Positions 45,031 to 55,586 of a stretch of 64,000 nt of DNA are shown piece by piece (position 1 is the first letter of the stretch; every line of letters begins with the position of its first letter). Position numbers and translations under genes: made by a program. A model generated the notes under the pieces. It was given only the letters and a program-made list of their open reading frames with translations. It did not search any database and was not told where the DNA came from. The stretch comes from Magnetococcales bacterium. Its GTDB lineage: Bacteria; Pseudomonadota; Magnetococcia; Magnetococcales; JADGCH01. Location: positions 11,405-75,404 of the forward strand of contig JADGCH010000008.1 in NCBI GenBank assembly GCA_015229115.1. Reading direction: 5' to 3'.

Positions 45031-45247
45031 GGGATGCCCCCTTGTATCGTCACGATCTGCGGAATAAGCCAAGCGTGCAAGATAGGCCCTGTTGTACAGT
45101 GAGTAAATGAAAAAAAATAGTCGTTACAAAAAAGACTACCGCAACGCACTGGCTCGACGGTGTTGTGCAGGACACAAAACACGTTTATGATGGGCTCTGG
45201 TCAATCCTTTATGTGGCAGCATGCCTTTGTGGCAGCAGGAGACAGTC

Positions 45248-48200
45248 ATGCCGGTCATGATGATACGATTATCGGTGATCACCTTGTGGATGGCGGTGCT
45301 GCTGTTATGGAGCGGCCCGGTCCTGGCAGCGCCCCTGCCTCACGATCAGGTTCCTGACCCCCTGAAACCCTGGATCTCCTGGGCTCTGCACGGCAAAAAG
45401 GGCTGGAGCTGCCCCGCCCTGCATAACGACTCCTCGCGCGATGCTTCGCACACCCTGTGTTACTGGCCCGGCAGACTGCAGCTGGAGCTCAAACCATCCG
45501 GAGGTAGCTTTACCCAGGAATGGCGGGTATGGGAACAGGGCTGGGTGACCTTGCCCGGCGATGAACGTCACTGGCCGCAGGAGGTCTATCTCAACCAGCA
45601 ACCCACCACAGTGGTAGCACGGGAAGGAAAACCAGCGCTGTTGTTGCGCCCCGGTAGCCATCAGGTACGAGGAGAATGGTCGTGGCAACGCCTGCCGGAC
45701 ATGATGACGTTGCCCGCCACAGTAGGGCTGCTGCAGCTGGCGGTAGATGGTCAGGAAGTCGCTGCCCCCCACCTTGACCGGCAGGGGCGGCTCTGGTTAC
45801 GCACCAAGGAACAGCCCCAGGCCGAAGAGGATCACCTCACCCTATCCGTTCAGCGTAAAGTCAGTGACGGTATACCGCTGATGGTCACCACGCGCATGGA
45901 ACTGGACGTATCAGGTCGTCAGAGGGAACTGTTGCTGCAGCAACCTTTGCAACAGGGACTGATTCCCGTCTCGCTCCACGCTCCCATCCCGGTTGCCCTG
46001 GAACAGGATGGCTCCCTGCGGGTGCAGGCACGTCCTGGGCACTGGGTGATCGAGTTGCTGCAACGCCACGATGGCCCAGCCCAGCAATTGTCCCTCCAAC
46101 CGTCAAACCAACCGGAATGGCCCAACCAGGAGGTCTGGGCTTTTGAGGCCCAGAACCAGCTGCGTTTGGTCACCGTGACCGGGGTAGCCGCTATTGACCC
46201 GCAACAAACCACCTTGCCTAAAGGGTGGCAAGGGTTACCAGTTTATCTGGTACGTCCAGGGGAAACCATGCTGCTCCAACAGCGCCAGCGCGGCAACAGT
46301 GATCCAGCTCCGGACCGATTGCAGATGAAACGGTCATGGTGGCTCGATTTCGATGGTCAGGGCTGGACCCTGCGCGACGAAATCAATGGTCTGGTCAACC
46401 ATCCAGACCGTTTGGAGATGGCTACGCCGACGGAGTTGGGTCGCGTGGCCCTGCACGGCCGTGACCAGCTTATTACCCAACAGGCTGGTTCGCCCCGATC
46501 CGGGATCGAGTTGCGCCGCGGCGAAATCGCCCTGGTGGCAGAAGGGCGTCTGACGGGGGACCGTTCCATCTTGCCGGCCGTCGGCTGGCGACATGATCTA
46601 CAGGGTCTGTCCGGCCAGATCAACCTGCCGCCTGGCTGGCGCCTGTGGTATGCCGATGGTGTCGATCGGGTCTCGTCCTCCTGGATCCATCAATGGAGCC
46701 TGCTTGACCTGTTTCTGGTGCTGGTGGTTGCCCTGGCCATGGGCAGGATGTGGCGGCGGCGCTGGCTGCTGGTAGCCATTCCGGCCCTGGTGTTGATCCA
46801 CCACGAACAACCCTCTATCAGCTGGATTGTGCTGCATCTGTTGATCGCGACCGCCCTGCTGCGGGTGGTACCATCCGGATGGCCCCACCGCTGGTCCAGT
46901 TGGTATCGCTGGAGTTCCCTGATGGCCCTGGCACTCACCGCCGTCCCTTTCATGGTCAGTCAAGCCCATCTGGCGCTGCACCCGCAACTGGAACAGGGCG
47001 GTCATACCATCTACACCGCTCCTGCCCTGTCCAGTGCAACGCCCTCCTCATCGCCTTCCTCGTCCAATGAGTTGCAACAGGCTGATGTGCTCCAGGAAAA
47101 ACAGGAGTCTGACGCACCACGGGTGGCCAAAAGGGCCCTCCCTCTGGCAGCCGGGACCTATGCCTCTGCTCCAGCACCACAACAGGCCAGCCTCGGTGAG
47201 ATTGACCGCCATGCTCGGATTCAGACCGGTCCCGGCCTGCCACAATGGCGCTGGCATACGGTATCCCTGACGTGGAACGGTCCAGTGACCATGGATCAGG
47301 AGTTGCGTCTGTGGCTGACGCCACCCTGGCTGAACCGCATCCTGGCGGTGGCGCGTATGCTGCTGCTGCTAGCCCTGCTGCCGCTCTTTCTTGACCAGCT
47401 GCCCTGGCAGCAGTGGCGTCGCTCGCTGGCTGTAGCCATGCTGATGCCTTTATTATTGACAGCATCTGAAGCCACGGCTACGCCAACCGATGCCATACCA
47501 ACGGATGCCATGCTGGAGGAGTTATCACAACGTCTGACAGCTGCCCCTGATTGCCTGCCTCACTGTGCTGACATCTCTCGCATGGAGTTGACCCTGACCA
47601 GCAACCGGATGAGATTGCGCCTTGAAATCCATACGTCTGCAGCTGTTGCCATACCGTTACCCGGGGGCGTCCAGCACTGGTTACCCACAACGGTGGCAGT
47701 CCACGGACAACCATCGACCAACCTGATGCGCCACAACGACAGCCTGCTTCTGGCCCTGGAGCAACCCGGACGGCACCAGGTCACCCTGGAAGGGATGCTG
47801 CCGCCAGCCCGTGACACCGTTCAGTTGCCGTTGCCACTGTTGCCCCATCGTGTTGTGGTCCAGTCCGGTGGTGGCTGGCAAATTGCCGGTATCAACAGCG
47901 AAGGCATTCCGGACAAAACATTGCTGCTGCAACGACCGGCCCCGATCGCCAAAACAGCTCCACAGGATGGCCACGCAGCGGCTTGGCCGGCAGCGCAATT
48001 GCCTCCACCCTTGCCGCCACTATTGCAAGTAGAACGGCAACTCATGCTGGGACTGGGGCAAGAATGGCGCGTACGCACCGTGGTCAGGCGTCTCAGCCCG
48101 GCCGGGCATGCCGTCGCCGGTCATGCCGTCCTGGTTGCCCTGCCGCTCCTTGCTGGCGAATCGGTTACCACCCCAGGGCTGTCGGTCGTTCAGGGGCGGC

Positions 48201-49399
48201 TATCGTTGAACATGGCCGCTGGCGTCCATGAAAGCAGTTGGGAATCGATACTCGCTCCTACCGAAGAATTGCTGATGCAGGCTGCTCCGGGCCAAACCTG
48301 GTACGAGACATGGAAACTGGAAGCCCATCCTGTCTGGCATGTCGAAGCCCAGGGAGTACCGATGCTATCCCCTGCCGCGGCTGGTCACGATCGCTGGGCG
48401 ATGCAGTGGCGTCCCTGGCCTGGGGAGACGCTGCAGCTACGCATCAGTCGTCCGGCTGCTGTTGAAGGAACGACCCTAACCCTGGAACGTAGTGAACTGA
48501 CCATAACCCCTGGTCTACGCACCAGTACGATCACGCTCAAACTGTCTGTCAGAAGCAGCCGTGGTGACCAGCACCGCATCACGCTGCCGGAAGGGGCGTC
48601 CCTGCTTGGCGTCAGCATCAATGGTGTCAGCCAGCCGATCAGCCAGGAGGGTCAGCAGGTGACTTGCCCCATTGTGCCCGGCTTGCAGGAATTGCTGTTC
48701 AGCTGGCAGCAACCTCTATCGATCTCCTCCCTGTTGACCACTCCGTCAATCGACCTGGGACTTCCGGGAGTTAATCACCACCTGCACCTCAACATGCCTC
48801 GTGACCGATGGCTGCTGTGGAGCCAAGGTCCACTGATGGGACCGGCAGTGCTGTTTTGGGGTGCCCTGATGGTGGTGCTAGCAGTGGCCATCGGGCTGGG
48901 ACGACTGCGCTGGACACCCTTGACCACGCGTCACTGGCTGTTGCTGGGCATGGGTCTGATTCCGGTGTCAGCCTGGTCTGCGCTGGTGGTGGTGGGATGG
49001 TTTCTGGTACTCGGATGGCGTCGTCTGCACCCTCCGACAGATCAGACATGGTGGCGCTTTAACCTGACCCAGCTGGGTCTGTTCTGCTGGACCTTGATGG
49101 CGGCGTCGGCACTGCTGGCAGCCATTCAGCATGGTCTGCTGGGATACCCCGACATGCAGGTGACCGGTAACGGTTCCAGCCTGTTTCAGCTGCACTGGTA
49201 TCAGGACCGTCACGATGCGCTTTTGCCCCAGGGAACGGTCCTGACGTTACCCCTGCTCGGCTATCGTCTGCTGATGCTGATCTGGTCGTTGTGGTTGGCT
49301 ACCTCGGTGGTCACATGGACTCAATGGGGCTGGGGCTGCTTGTCCCAAGGACAGTTATGGTTGCCACGCCCCCCTAAAATCGGGCCCGGAGCTGCTTGA
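45248..49399 (+). CDS. Large (1383 aa) secreted/polytopic membrane protein of unknown function with internal duplication
   Basis: ATG 45248 lies 6 nt after AGGAG (the ORF track starts at 45221). Signal peptide MPVMMIRLSVITLWMAVLLLWSGPVLA-AP. The layout is about 480 aa soluble, about 4 TM, an S/P-rich linker, 2 hydrophobic segments, about 450 aa soluble, then about 4-5 TM. I recognise no family motif. Confidence 0.8.
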   Translation: MPVMMIRLSVITLWMAVLLLWSGPVLAAPLPHDQVPDPLKPWISWALHGKKGWSCPALHNDSSRDASHTLCYWPGRLQLELKPSGGSFTQEWRVWEQGWVTLPGDERHWPQEVYLNQQPTTVVAREGKPALLLRPGSHQVRGEWSWQRLPDMMTLPATVGLLQLAVDGQEVAAPHLDRQGRLWLRTKEQPQAEEDHLTLSVQRKVSDGIPLMVTTRMELDVSGRQRELLLQQPLQQGLIPVSLHAPIPVALEQDGSLRVQARPGHWVIELLQRHDGPAQQLSLQPSNQPEWPNQEVWAFEAQNQLRLVTVTGVAAIDPQQTTLPKGWQGLPVYLVRPGETMLLQQRQRGNSDPAPDRLQMKRSWWLDFDGQGWTLRDEINGLVNHPDRLEMATPTELGRVALHGRDQLITQQAGSPRSGIELRRGEIALVAEGRLTGDRSILPAVGWRHDLQGLSGQINLPPGWRLWYADGVDRVSSSWIHQWSLLDLFLVLVVALAMGRMWRRRWLLVAIPALVLIHHEQPSISWIVLHLLIATALLRVVPSGWPHRWSSWYRWSSLMALALTAVPFMVSQAHLALHPQLEQGGHTIYTAPALSSATPSSSPSSSNELQQADVLQEKQESDAPRVAKRALPLAAGTYASAPAPQQASLGEIDRHARIQTGPGLPQWRWHTVSLTWNGPVTMDQELRLWLTPPWLNRILAVARMLLLLALLPLFLDQLPWQQWRRSLAVAMLMPLLLTASEATATPTDAIPTDAMLEELSQRLTAAPDCLPHCADISRMELTLTSNRMRLRLEIHTSAAVAIPLPGGVQHWLPTTVAVHGQPSTNLMRHNDSLLLALEQPGRHQVTLEGMLPPARDTVQLPLPLLPHRVVVQSGGGWQIAGINSEGIPDKTLLLQRPAPIAKTAPQDGHAAAWPAAQLPPPLPPLLQVERQLMLGLGQEWRVRTVVRRLSPAGHAVAGHAVLVALPLLAGESVTTPGLSVVQGRLSLNMAAGVHESSWESILAPTEELLMQAAPGQTWYETWKLEAHPVWHVEAQGVPMLSPAAAGHDRWAMQWRPWPGETLQLRISRPAAVEGTTLTLERSELTITPGLRTSTITLKLSVRSSRGDQHRITLPEGASLLGVSINGVSQPISQEGQQVTCPIVPGLQELLFSWQQPLSISSLLTTPSIDLGLPGVNHHLHLNMPRDRWLLWSQGPLMGPAVLFWGALMVVLAVAIGLGRLRWTPLTTRHWLLLGMGLIPVSAWSALVVVGWFLVLGWRRLHPPTDQTWWRFNLTQLGLFCWTLMAASALLAAIQHGLLGYPDMQVTGNGSSLFQLHWYQDRHDALLPQGTVLTLPLLGYRLLMLIWSLWLATSVVTWTQWGWGCLSQGQLWLPRPPKIGPGAA

Positions 49400-49410
49400 G
49401 AAATTTCGGT

Positions 49411-49439
49411 TTGTCACAGCTCCCGATATGCTGTATAAT
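49411..49439 (+). promoter_or_regulatory. Sigma-70 promoter candidate for the antiporter gene
   Basis: TTGTCA (49411-49416), a 17-nt spacer, then TATAAT (49434-49439). It lies in an intergenic region about 60 nt upstream of ATG 49500, and GGAG sits at 49491-49494. Confidence 0.55.
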
Positions 49440-49499
49440 ACATTGATAAGAGAAATATTGTCGTTCCTGATATCATCCTACCTAATCTGATGGAGCACC

Positions 49500-50699
49500 A
49501 TGCCAGCTCATTCTTCTGGTGAATACGCTGATTTTCTTGTCACCCTGGCCATGCTCCTGTTTCTTGGTCTGCTGTCCGATTTCTATTCGCAACGGCTGCA
49601 TGTTCCTCGTGTGACCCTGCTGCTGTTGCTGGGTGTGTTGGTGGGTCCATCCGGCGTGGCGGCCCTGACAACGTCCGACCTGGAATGGTTGCGCATGATC
49701 GCCCAGTTTACTCCGCCTCTGGTGGTATTTCTGGCTGGTGGACGTCTGACACGCTCCCTGTTCCGTCAGTATCAGCAGCTGCTGGTCTGGGTTTCCGGTG
49801 CTATTGTCGCCTCCGTCTTGAGTGTGGTATGGACCGGTCTCAGTCTGTTAGAGGTACCGATTGCTATCGCGTTGACACTGGCCGCCATTGCCACATCGAC
49901 CGCTCCGGCTGCCATTACCGACATCATTCGCGAAAACCGCGCTGACGGCCCCTTTACCCGCATCATCATTGGCGTCGTAGCGACCAATATCACGCTGGCC
50001 CTGGCGTTATTCAGCCTGTTGATGGCTGTAGTCAATACCCTGGTCAATCTCAACGACGACATGCTGCCGCATCTGCTGGCTGGTATCTGGGAAATCGCCG
50101 GATCGGTGCTGATTGGCATGCTGTGCGGATGGCTGCTGACTCAGCTACTGAAATTGTTCAGACAACGTGACATCGTCATGATCCTGACTCTGGCCGTCTT
50201 TTTCCTCTGTGCCGGTGTGGCTGTGACCCTGCACACATCGACCCTGCTGGCTACTCTGGTATTCGGCATTGTCACCAACCGCTCGCCCGATAGCCCGGTG
50301 GCTTTTCAGGCCATCGAATCCATTATCCTGTTACCTTTGGTCATACTGTTCATCTTTGCCGGGGCTACCCTGCATCCAGCTGGTCTGTTGACTACCGGAT
50401 GGATTGGCATGGCTTTTATTCTATTACGTATTTGTGGTATGTTATTGGGAGGATGGATTGGTACCGGTCTGTGCGAGGAAGTGCATCTGTTCCATCGCCG
50501 CTGGCTGGGTCCGGCCCTGCTGCCGCAGGCCAGTGTCACGCTTGGCATGGCCATGGCGGCAACGGAGGCTATGCCGGTGCTGGCACCGGTGGTGTTACCC
50601 GTGGTCATCGGGTCGATCATTATCTTCGAGACCTTTGGCCCGATCATCACCCGAATCGCCCTGGTACGCAGTGGTGAAGTCAATCGCCAACAAGAATAA
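49500..50699 (+). CDS. Cation:proton antiporter (Na+/H+ exchanger family)
   Basis: 399 aa with about 11-12 TM segments. Na_H_Exchanger-like motifs ([13 protein letters not shown], ..[12 protein letters not shown]). Confidence 0.8.
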   Translation: MPAHSSGEYADFLVTLAMLLFLGLLSDFYSQRLHVPRVTLLLLLGVLVGPSGVAALTTSDLEWLRMIAQFTPPLVVFLAGGRLTRSLFRQYQQLLVWVSGAIVASVLSVVWTGLSLLEVPIAIALTLAAIATSTAPAAITDIIRENRADGPFTRIIIGVVATNITLALALFSLLMAVVNTLVNLNDDMLPHLLAGIWEIAGSVLIGMLCGWLLTQLLKLFRQRDIVMILTLAVFFLCAGVAVTLHTSTLLATLVFGIVTNRSPDSPVAFQAIESIILLPLVILFIFAGATLHPAGLLTTGWIGMAFILLRICGMLLGGWIGTGLCEEVHLFHRRWLGPALLPQASVTLGMAMAATEAMPVLAPVVLPVVIGSIIIFETFGPIITRIALVRSGEVNRQQE

Positions 50700-50725
50700 T
50701 CATCAATCACCATGGAAACGTAATC

Positions 50726-53077
50726 ATGTCAAAAAGCTCCTCCTCCTTCCGCGACTGGCGCATCAGTTACAAGATTGGTGCCGGATTTAGCATCGTTGGT
50801 GTGCTGTTCCTGCTGATCATCTGGCGCTATCACACCACGATTAATCACACTCTGGAGGAATATGCTGATCTTTATGCCGTCCACGAGGCGGAACAGAGTC
50901 ACTTGGTCGATATCAATCGTTTCATGCTGGAAGCGCGCCGCAACGAGAAGGACTTCCTGGCTCGCCTCGACATGAAATACGCCAGTCGCGTCACCGAGCT
51001 GGTTGACAAGATCAAAAGCTCTGCACGTCAAATTGAACAGATTGAACAGGCCGAACAACAGGCTCAACCGGGTCAGGGTGGTGAATTCCTATCTGACGTC
51101 AAACAGATTCAGCAACTGATCGATCGCTATCATACTGCCTTTCGCAATCTGGTCGAGGCGTGGCAAAAACGGGGCCTCAATGCCGATTCCGGTCTGCAGG
51201 GTGAGTTTCGCAAGGCGGCCCATGATCTGGAAGCCATTGTCAACAACATGGACAATAACCCGCAGACCAAGCTGGTTGGCCATCTGCCTACCATCTGGCG
51301 TGATTATCTGACCATGCGGCGTCATGAGAAAGATTATCTGCTGCGCAGCCAGAAAAAGTACATCGATGATACCCATAAAACAGCTGCCCTGATTCGTCGC
51401 AATGTGGAATCATGCAACCTGCCGGAAGAACATAAGCGGTCGATGCTGGAAAAGCTGGTGACCTATGAAAACGCCTTTGCCCAGCTGGTCAAACAGAATG
51501 ATCATATTGCTGTCGTTACAGAGGAGATGCGCGCTGCCGTTCACGACATCGAACCAGTCATTGCTCGCGATCTGGAACAGGTGGTTGCCGAGACAACTGC
51601 GATTGCACAGGCCACCCAGCAGCAAGCCCATAGCCGTGCGAACTGGTCGATGGTGTTTGCCCTGTTGATTGTCGTGATTGGAATCATGCTGTCGGTTCTC
51701 ATCACCCGCCGTATTGTTCAGCCCATTTTGACCCTGCAGGGCTTTGCCGAACGAGTTGCTGGTGGTGATCTCAAGGTAGCCGTCGATTTTCAGCAACAGG
51801 ATGAAATCGGTCGTCTTGGGCAGATGATGACCCGTATGACTACCAATTTGCGTGACATGATCTATAGCCTCTCCCAGGATGCCCAGCAACTGAACACCAC
51901 GGCCCAGGAACTTTCTTCAGCAGCCTTGCAGATGTTTGACAACATCCAGTCCATGTCGGAACAGGCTACTACTACGGCAGCAGCGGCCGAAGAAATGAGC
52001 GCCAACATGGGCGGGATCACCTCGGCCACACGTGATGCCAGCAGCAATATGGCCACCATCTCCGCCGCTACAGAACAGGGTAACGCTAACCTCAACAGTA
52101 TCGCCAGCGCCACTGAGCAGGCCAGTCATAACCTGCAATCGGTGGTCTCCAATGCCGAACAGGCTGGCAGTAATCTGGAACAGATTACCACCACCACCGA
52201 ACGCACCAGCCAGAGAGTCAAGCTGGTCACTCATCATATTCGTTCGGTCAATCAGGCTTTTCAGGATATCCGCACCCAATGCGACTCAGCTGAGCAGTTT
52301 TCACAGCGCGCCAATGGTCTGGTACGTGATTCATTTGCTGTGATGGACCGGCTGGGAGAATCGGCCCGCGATATCGGCAAAGTGGTAGAGATGATCAACG
52401 GTATTGCAGAACAAACCAATATGCTCGCTCTGAATGCCTCAATTGAGGCAGCTGGTGCCGGGGATGCTGGCAAAGGTTTTGCCGTAGTCGCCAATGAGGT
52501 GAAAGAACTGGCGCGCCAGACCAGTGAAGCGACCACGATGATCCATGAACGTACCCGCGAGATCCAGGATCATACCCGTGATGCAGCCAATGCCTCGGAG
52601 CAGGTCAGGGAGATTATTGAACGCATCAGCGATACCAACAGCAATATCCTCCATTCCATCGATACCCAAGGTCGCAATGTGCAGCAGATCACCCAGACCA
52701 TGACCACCATCACCAGCGAAAGCGACCAGATGGCCCAGCAGGTGAGTGACTCCTCCAGCGGCATTGCCGAGGTGTTCCGCAACATCACCGAGGCCTCATC
52801 GGGCATCGACGCCATCAGTCGCAGCGTCTCGGAAACGACCCATGGTCTGGGAGAAGTCAGCCGCAATGTCACCGAAGCCAGTCGTGTCAGCGAAGAGATC
52901 ACCCGTCTGGTCAGTGAGGCGGCCTACGCCTCCGAAGAGATTGCTTCATCGATGTCGCGCATCAGCGGTGCCAACGAGGAAATGCGCAATCTGGGTGGCA
53001 CCGTACGTCAGCGTGCCACAGAAATTGCCAGGGTGGTGGAGCAACTGGAAACCATCATGGCAAAATTCCAGATGTGA
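50726..53077 (+). CDS. Methyl-accepting chemotaxis protein (helical sensor, HAMP, long signalling domain)
   Basis: Signalling hairpin [42 protein letters not shown] region [24 protein letters not shown]. The periplasmic region carries two RR.EKD[FY]L motifs. Confidence 0.9.
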   Translation: MSKSSSSFRDWRISYKIGAGFSIVGVLFLLIIWRYHTTINHTLEEYADLYAVHEAEQSHLVDINRFMLEARRNEKDFLARLDMKYASRVTELVDKIKSSARQIEQIEQAEQQAQPGQGGEFLSDVKQIQQLIDRYHTAFRNLVEAWQKRGLNADSGLQGEFRKAAHDLEAIVNNMDNNPQTKLVGHLPTIWRDYLTMRRHEKDYLLRSQKKYIDDTHKTAALIRRNVESCNLPEEHKRSMLEKLVTYENAFAQLVKQNDHIAVVTEEMRAAVHDIEPVIARDLEQVVAETTAIAQATQQQAHSRANWSMVFALLIVVIGIMLSVLITRRIVQPILTLQGFAERVAGGDLKVAVDFQQQDEIGRLGQMMTRMTTNLRDMIYSLSQDAQQLNTTAQELSSAALQMFDNIQSMSEQATTTAAAAEEMSANMGGITSATRDASSNMATISAATEQGNANLNSIASATEQASHNLQSVVSNAEQAGSNLEQITTTTERTSQRVKLVTHHIRSVNQAFQDIRTQCDSAEQFSQRANGLVRDSFAVMDRLGESARDIGKVVEMINGIAEQTNMLALNASIEAAGAGDAGKGFAVVANEVKELARQTSEATTMIHERTREIQDHTRDAANASEQVREIIERISDTNSNILHSIDTQGRNVQQITQTMTTITSESDQMAQQVSDSSSGIAEVFRNITEASSGIDAISRSVSETTHGLGEVSRNVTEASRVSEEITRLVSEAAYASEEIASSMSRISGANEEMRNLGGTVRQRATEIARVVEQLETIMAKFQM

Positions 53078-55584
53078 TCAGGCAGCTCTGGTCCATGCGC
53101 CTGTTTCGGCTGATGCGCCAGATCGGGTGGCATGCGGACCATCCACTGCATCAGCTCGCTGTTACGGTCATCCTGATTCTGGTCTATCACCTGATCGGGA
53201 TGCTGGTTCTGCACCATAACATCGGCTGGTGGTCGGTCGAAGAGCGGCAGCAGGACACCCTAACAGCGTTGCTGCTGACCCTTGGCATCATCCCCATTGT
53301 CTTGCTGGTCTATCATCGCCCCCTGAAACAAAACTTGGGACAACAACAGTGGGTCATGGCGACTCTGGCCGGATTAAACAGCCAGATGCGCGGCCTGACC
53401 GATGTACCGCAACTGTGCAGCTTGGCCATCCGTTTCCTGGTCAACCATACCGTTGCCCTCAATGGCGCTGTCTACCTGCAACAAAACGATGGCCGACTGA
53501 ACTGGACTGCCGGTTATGGCCTGACACCCGATCATGACCCAAGCCCCTCCTTTCTGCCAGGGGAAGGTCTTGTTGGGCAAGTAGCCCTGGAAAAGCAACT
53601 CATCCAGATCGACACTATCCCGGCTGATTGTCTGCCAATCGACTGGGGGCTGGTGCGCACGGCACCGTTGAGCATTGCCGCCGTTCCTCTGCTGCACAAC
53701 GATACGCTGCGCGGGGTATTGTTGCTGGGAGCTGCACAACCCTTCCCGAAGCAACAGCTCGAACTGCTGCAACGGGTCAGCAGCACCATCGCCCTTGCCA
53801 TCCAGGGGGTGCTGGCAACTTTGGACAACCAGCAACTGATGGAGCAGATGAGGGAACAGACCAGTACGCTGCGTGTTCACCAACAGGTACTGGATGACAC
53901 CATCTCCCAGCTCAAACAGGCCAGTGGCTATAAATCACGTTTTCTGGCCAGCATGTCGCACGAGTTGCGCTCGCCACTCAACAGCCTGCTGATTCTGTCG
54001 CAGTTGCTGATGGAAAACAAGTCGGGCAACCTGACCGACAAGCAGGTCGAATTTGCCCAGACCATCCACTCAGCCGGCCGTGACCTGCTGACCCTGATCG
54101 ATGAAATTCTTGATCTGGCCCGCATCGAAGCCGGTAAGATCCGTATCTTTCTGGATCAGACCCGCCTGTCTGACCTTGCTGACAGCATCGGACGTCTGTT
54201 TCAACCGGTGGCCCGTAACAAGGGATTGCAGCTTCTTGTCGTCGTGCAAAAAAATGTCCCGGTCACCCTGCATACCGATCGCCAGCGTGTGGAACAGATT
54301 ATCAAAAACCTGATCTCCAATGCCATGAAGTTCACCGACAGCGGTGGTCGTGTCACGGTTACCTTTCAGACCGTGCATCAGCCGGATGAGCCTCCCTGGG
54401 TGACGGTTACCGTGGCTGATACCGGGATCGGTATTCCGGCTGACAAACAGCAACTGATCTTCGAGCCTTTTCGCCAGGTTGATGACGAGACCAACCGTAA
54501 GTACGGTGGTACCGGTCTGGGATTATCGATCAGCCGTGAACTGGCGCTGCTCCTTGAAGGAAAAATCACGCTGGAGAGTACGGTAGGACAGGGCAGCACC
54601 TTCACCTTATGGTTGCCGCTCCGCGCCACAGCCGATGGTACGGCACCCACCCATGCGTTGCACCCCGGACAGGGGTCTGCTACCCTGGAAACCATTCGTG
54701 ATGATCGTCGCACCATGACCCCTACCGATCGCAGTATTCTGATTATCGGCACCGATCATGAACTGGTGCGGAGCCAAAGCGAACGGGTGCGTGCCGCACA
54801 ATTTAATATCATTGTGGCTGGAGACCAGAGTGCTGCCCTGTTCCTGATCAGTTATTACCGACCAGCGGCGCTTCTGCTGACCAGTGATTTACCCGGTACC
54901 GATGTGGCTGCCTTTACCACCCGGGCACGCAAGTCGGTGCAGCGGCAGCATCTGCCGATACTCTATCTGATTCCGGCCGGATCACACCCTGCCGCCATTG
55001 AGCAACTGCCCGAGTTTTACAGCATCTCGCTGGCGAGTGGTCTGGAACAGGTGGAGCAGGCTACCAACCATTTTCTGTCACAGATCCCGGTTGACCCGTC
55101 CACCCTATCCGAACTGCCAATCTCGCCCTCAATCGATCGCCATGCTGCGGCGCCCACACCCACACCGATCACCCCAGTTGTGCCCCGGGCACCCCAACCG
55201 TTCCTGAATGGCCGGCGTCTGCTGATCATTGAGGATGACATGCGCAACATCTTCGCCTTGGCGAGCCTGTTGGAAGATCATGGTGCCCAGATGATGATGG
55301 CGGAAAATGGCCGTGTCGGTCTGGAGCAACTGCAGCAGCATCCGGAGATTGATCTGGTACTGCTGGACGTCATGATGCCCGATATGGATGGTTATCAGGT
55401 CCTGCAGGCCATCCGCTCCCACCCGCAACATCATCATCTTCCGGTCATTGTCCTGACTGCCAAGGCATTACAGGGAGAACGGCAGCGCTGTCTCGATGCA
55501 GGAGCCTCCGACTATCTGCCCAAGCCGATTGATAACCAGAAGCTGCTCTCGATGATCCGGATCTGGCTGGAGTCTGCCTCCTAA
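53074..55584 (+). CDS. Hybrid histidine kinase (TM-GAF-HisKA-HATPase-degenerate receiver-REC)
   Basis: H-box [17 protein letters not shown]-boxes DTGIGIP and [15 protein letters not shown], and C-terminal REC ([13 protein letters not shown] ... PVIVLTAKA ... DYLPKP). The GTG start overlaps the MCP stop (GTGA), so the start is uncertain (next ATG at 53095). Confidence 0.85.
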   Translation: MIRQLWSMRLFRLMRQIGWHADHPLHQLAVTVILILVYHLIGMLVLHHNIGWWSVEERQQDTLTALLLTLGIIPIVLLVYHRPLKQNLGQQQWVMATLAGLNSQMRGLTDVPQLCSLAIRFLVNHTVALNGAVYLQQNDGRLNWTAGYGLTPDHDPSPSFLPGEGLVGQVALEKQLIQIDTIPADCLPIDWGLVRTAPLSIAAVPLLHNDTLRGVLLLGAAQPFPKQQLELLQRVSSTIALAIQGVLATLDNQQLMEQMREQTSTLRVHQQVLDDTISQLKQASGYKSRFLASMSHELRSPLNSLLILSQLLMENKSGNLTDKQVEFAQTIHSAGRDLLTLIDEILDLARIEAGKIRIFLDQTRLSDLADSIGRLFQPVARNKGLQLLVVVQKNVPVTLHTDRQRVEQIIKNLISNAMKFTDSGGRVTVTFQTVHQPDEPPWVTVTVADTGIGIPADKQQLIFEPFRQVDDETNRKYGGTGLGLSISRELALLLEGKITLESTVGQGSTFTLWLPLRATADGTAPTHALHPGQGSATLETIRDDRRTMTPTDRSILIIGTDHELVRSQSERVRAAQFNIIVAGDQSAALFLISYYRPAALLLTSDLPGTDVAAFTTRARKSVQRQHLPILYLIPAGSHPAAIEQLPEFYSISLASGLEQVEQATNHFLSQIPVDPSTLSELPISPSIDRHAAAPTPTPITPVVPRAPQPFLNGRRLLIIEDDMRNIFALASLLEDHGAQMMMAENGRVGLEQLQQHPEIDLVLLDVMMPDMDGYQVLQAIRSHPQHHHLPVIVLTAKALQGERQRCLDAGASDYLPKPIDNQKLLSMIRIWLESAS

Positions 55585-55586
55585 CC

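Noticed and set aside
45214-45232. A sigma-54-like TGGCAG-N5-CTTTG upstream of the orphan membrane protein.
   Set aside because: The -12 element lacks the conserved GC at the required spacing. The resemblance comes from the TGTGGCAGCA direct repeat.
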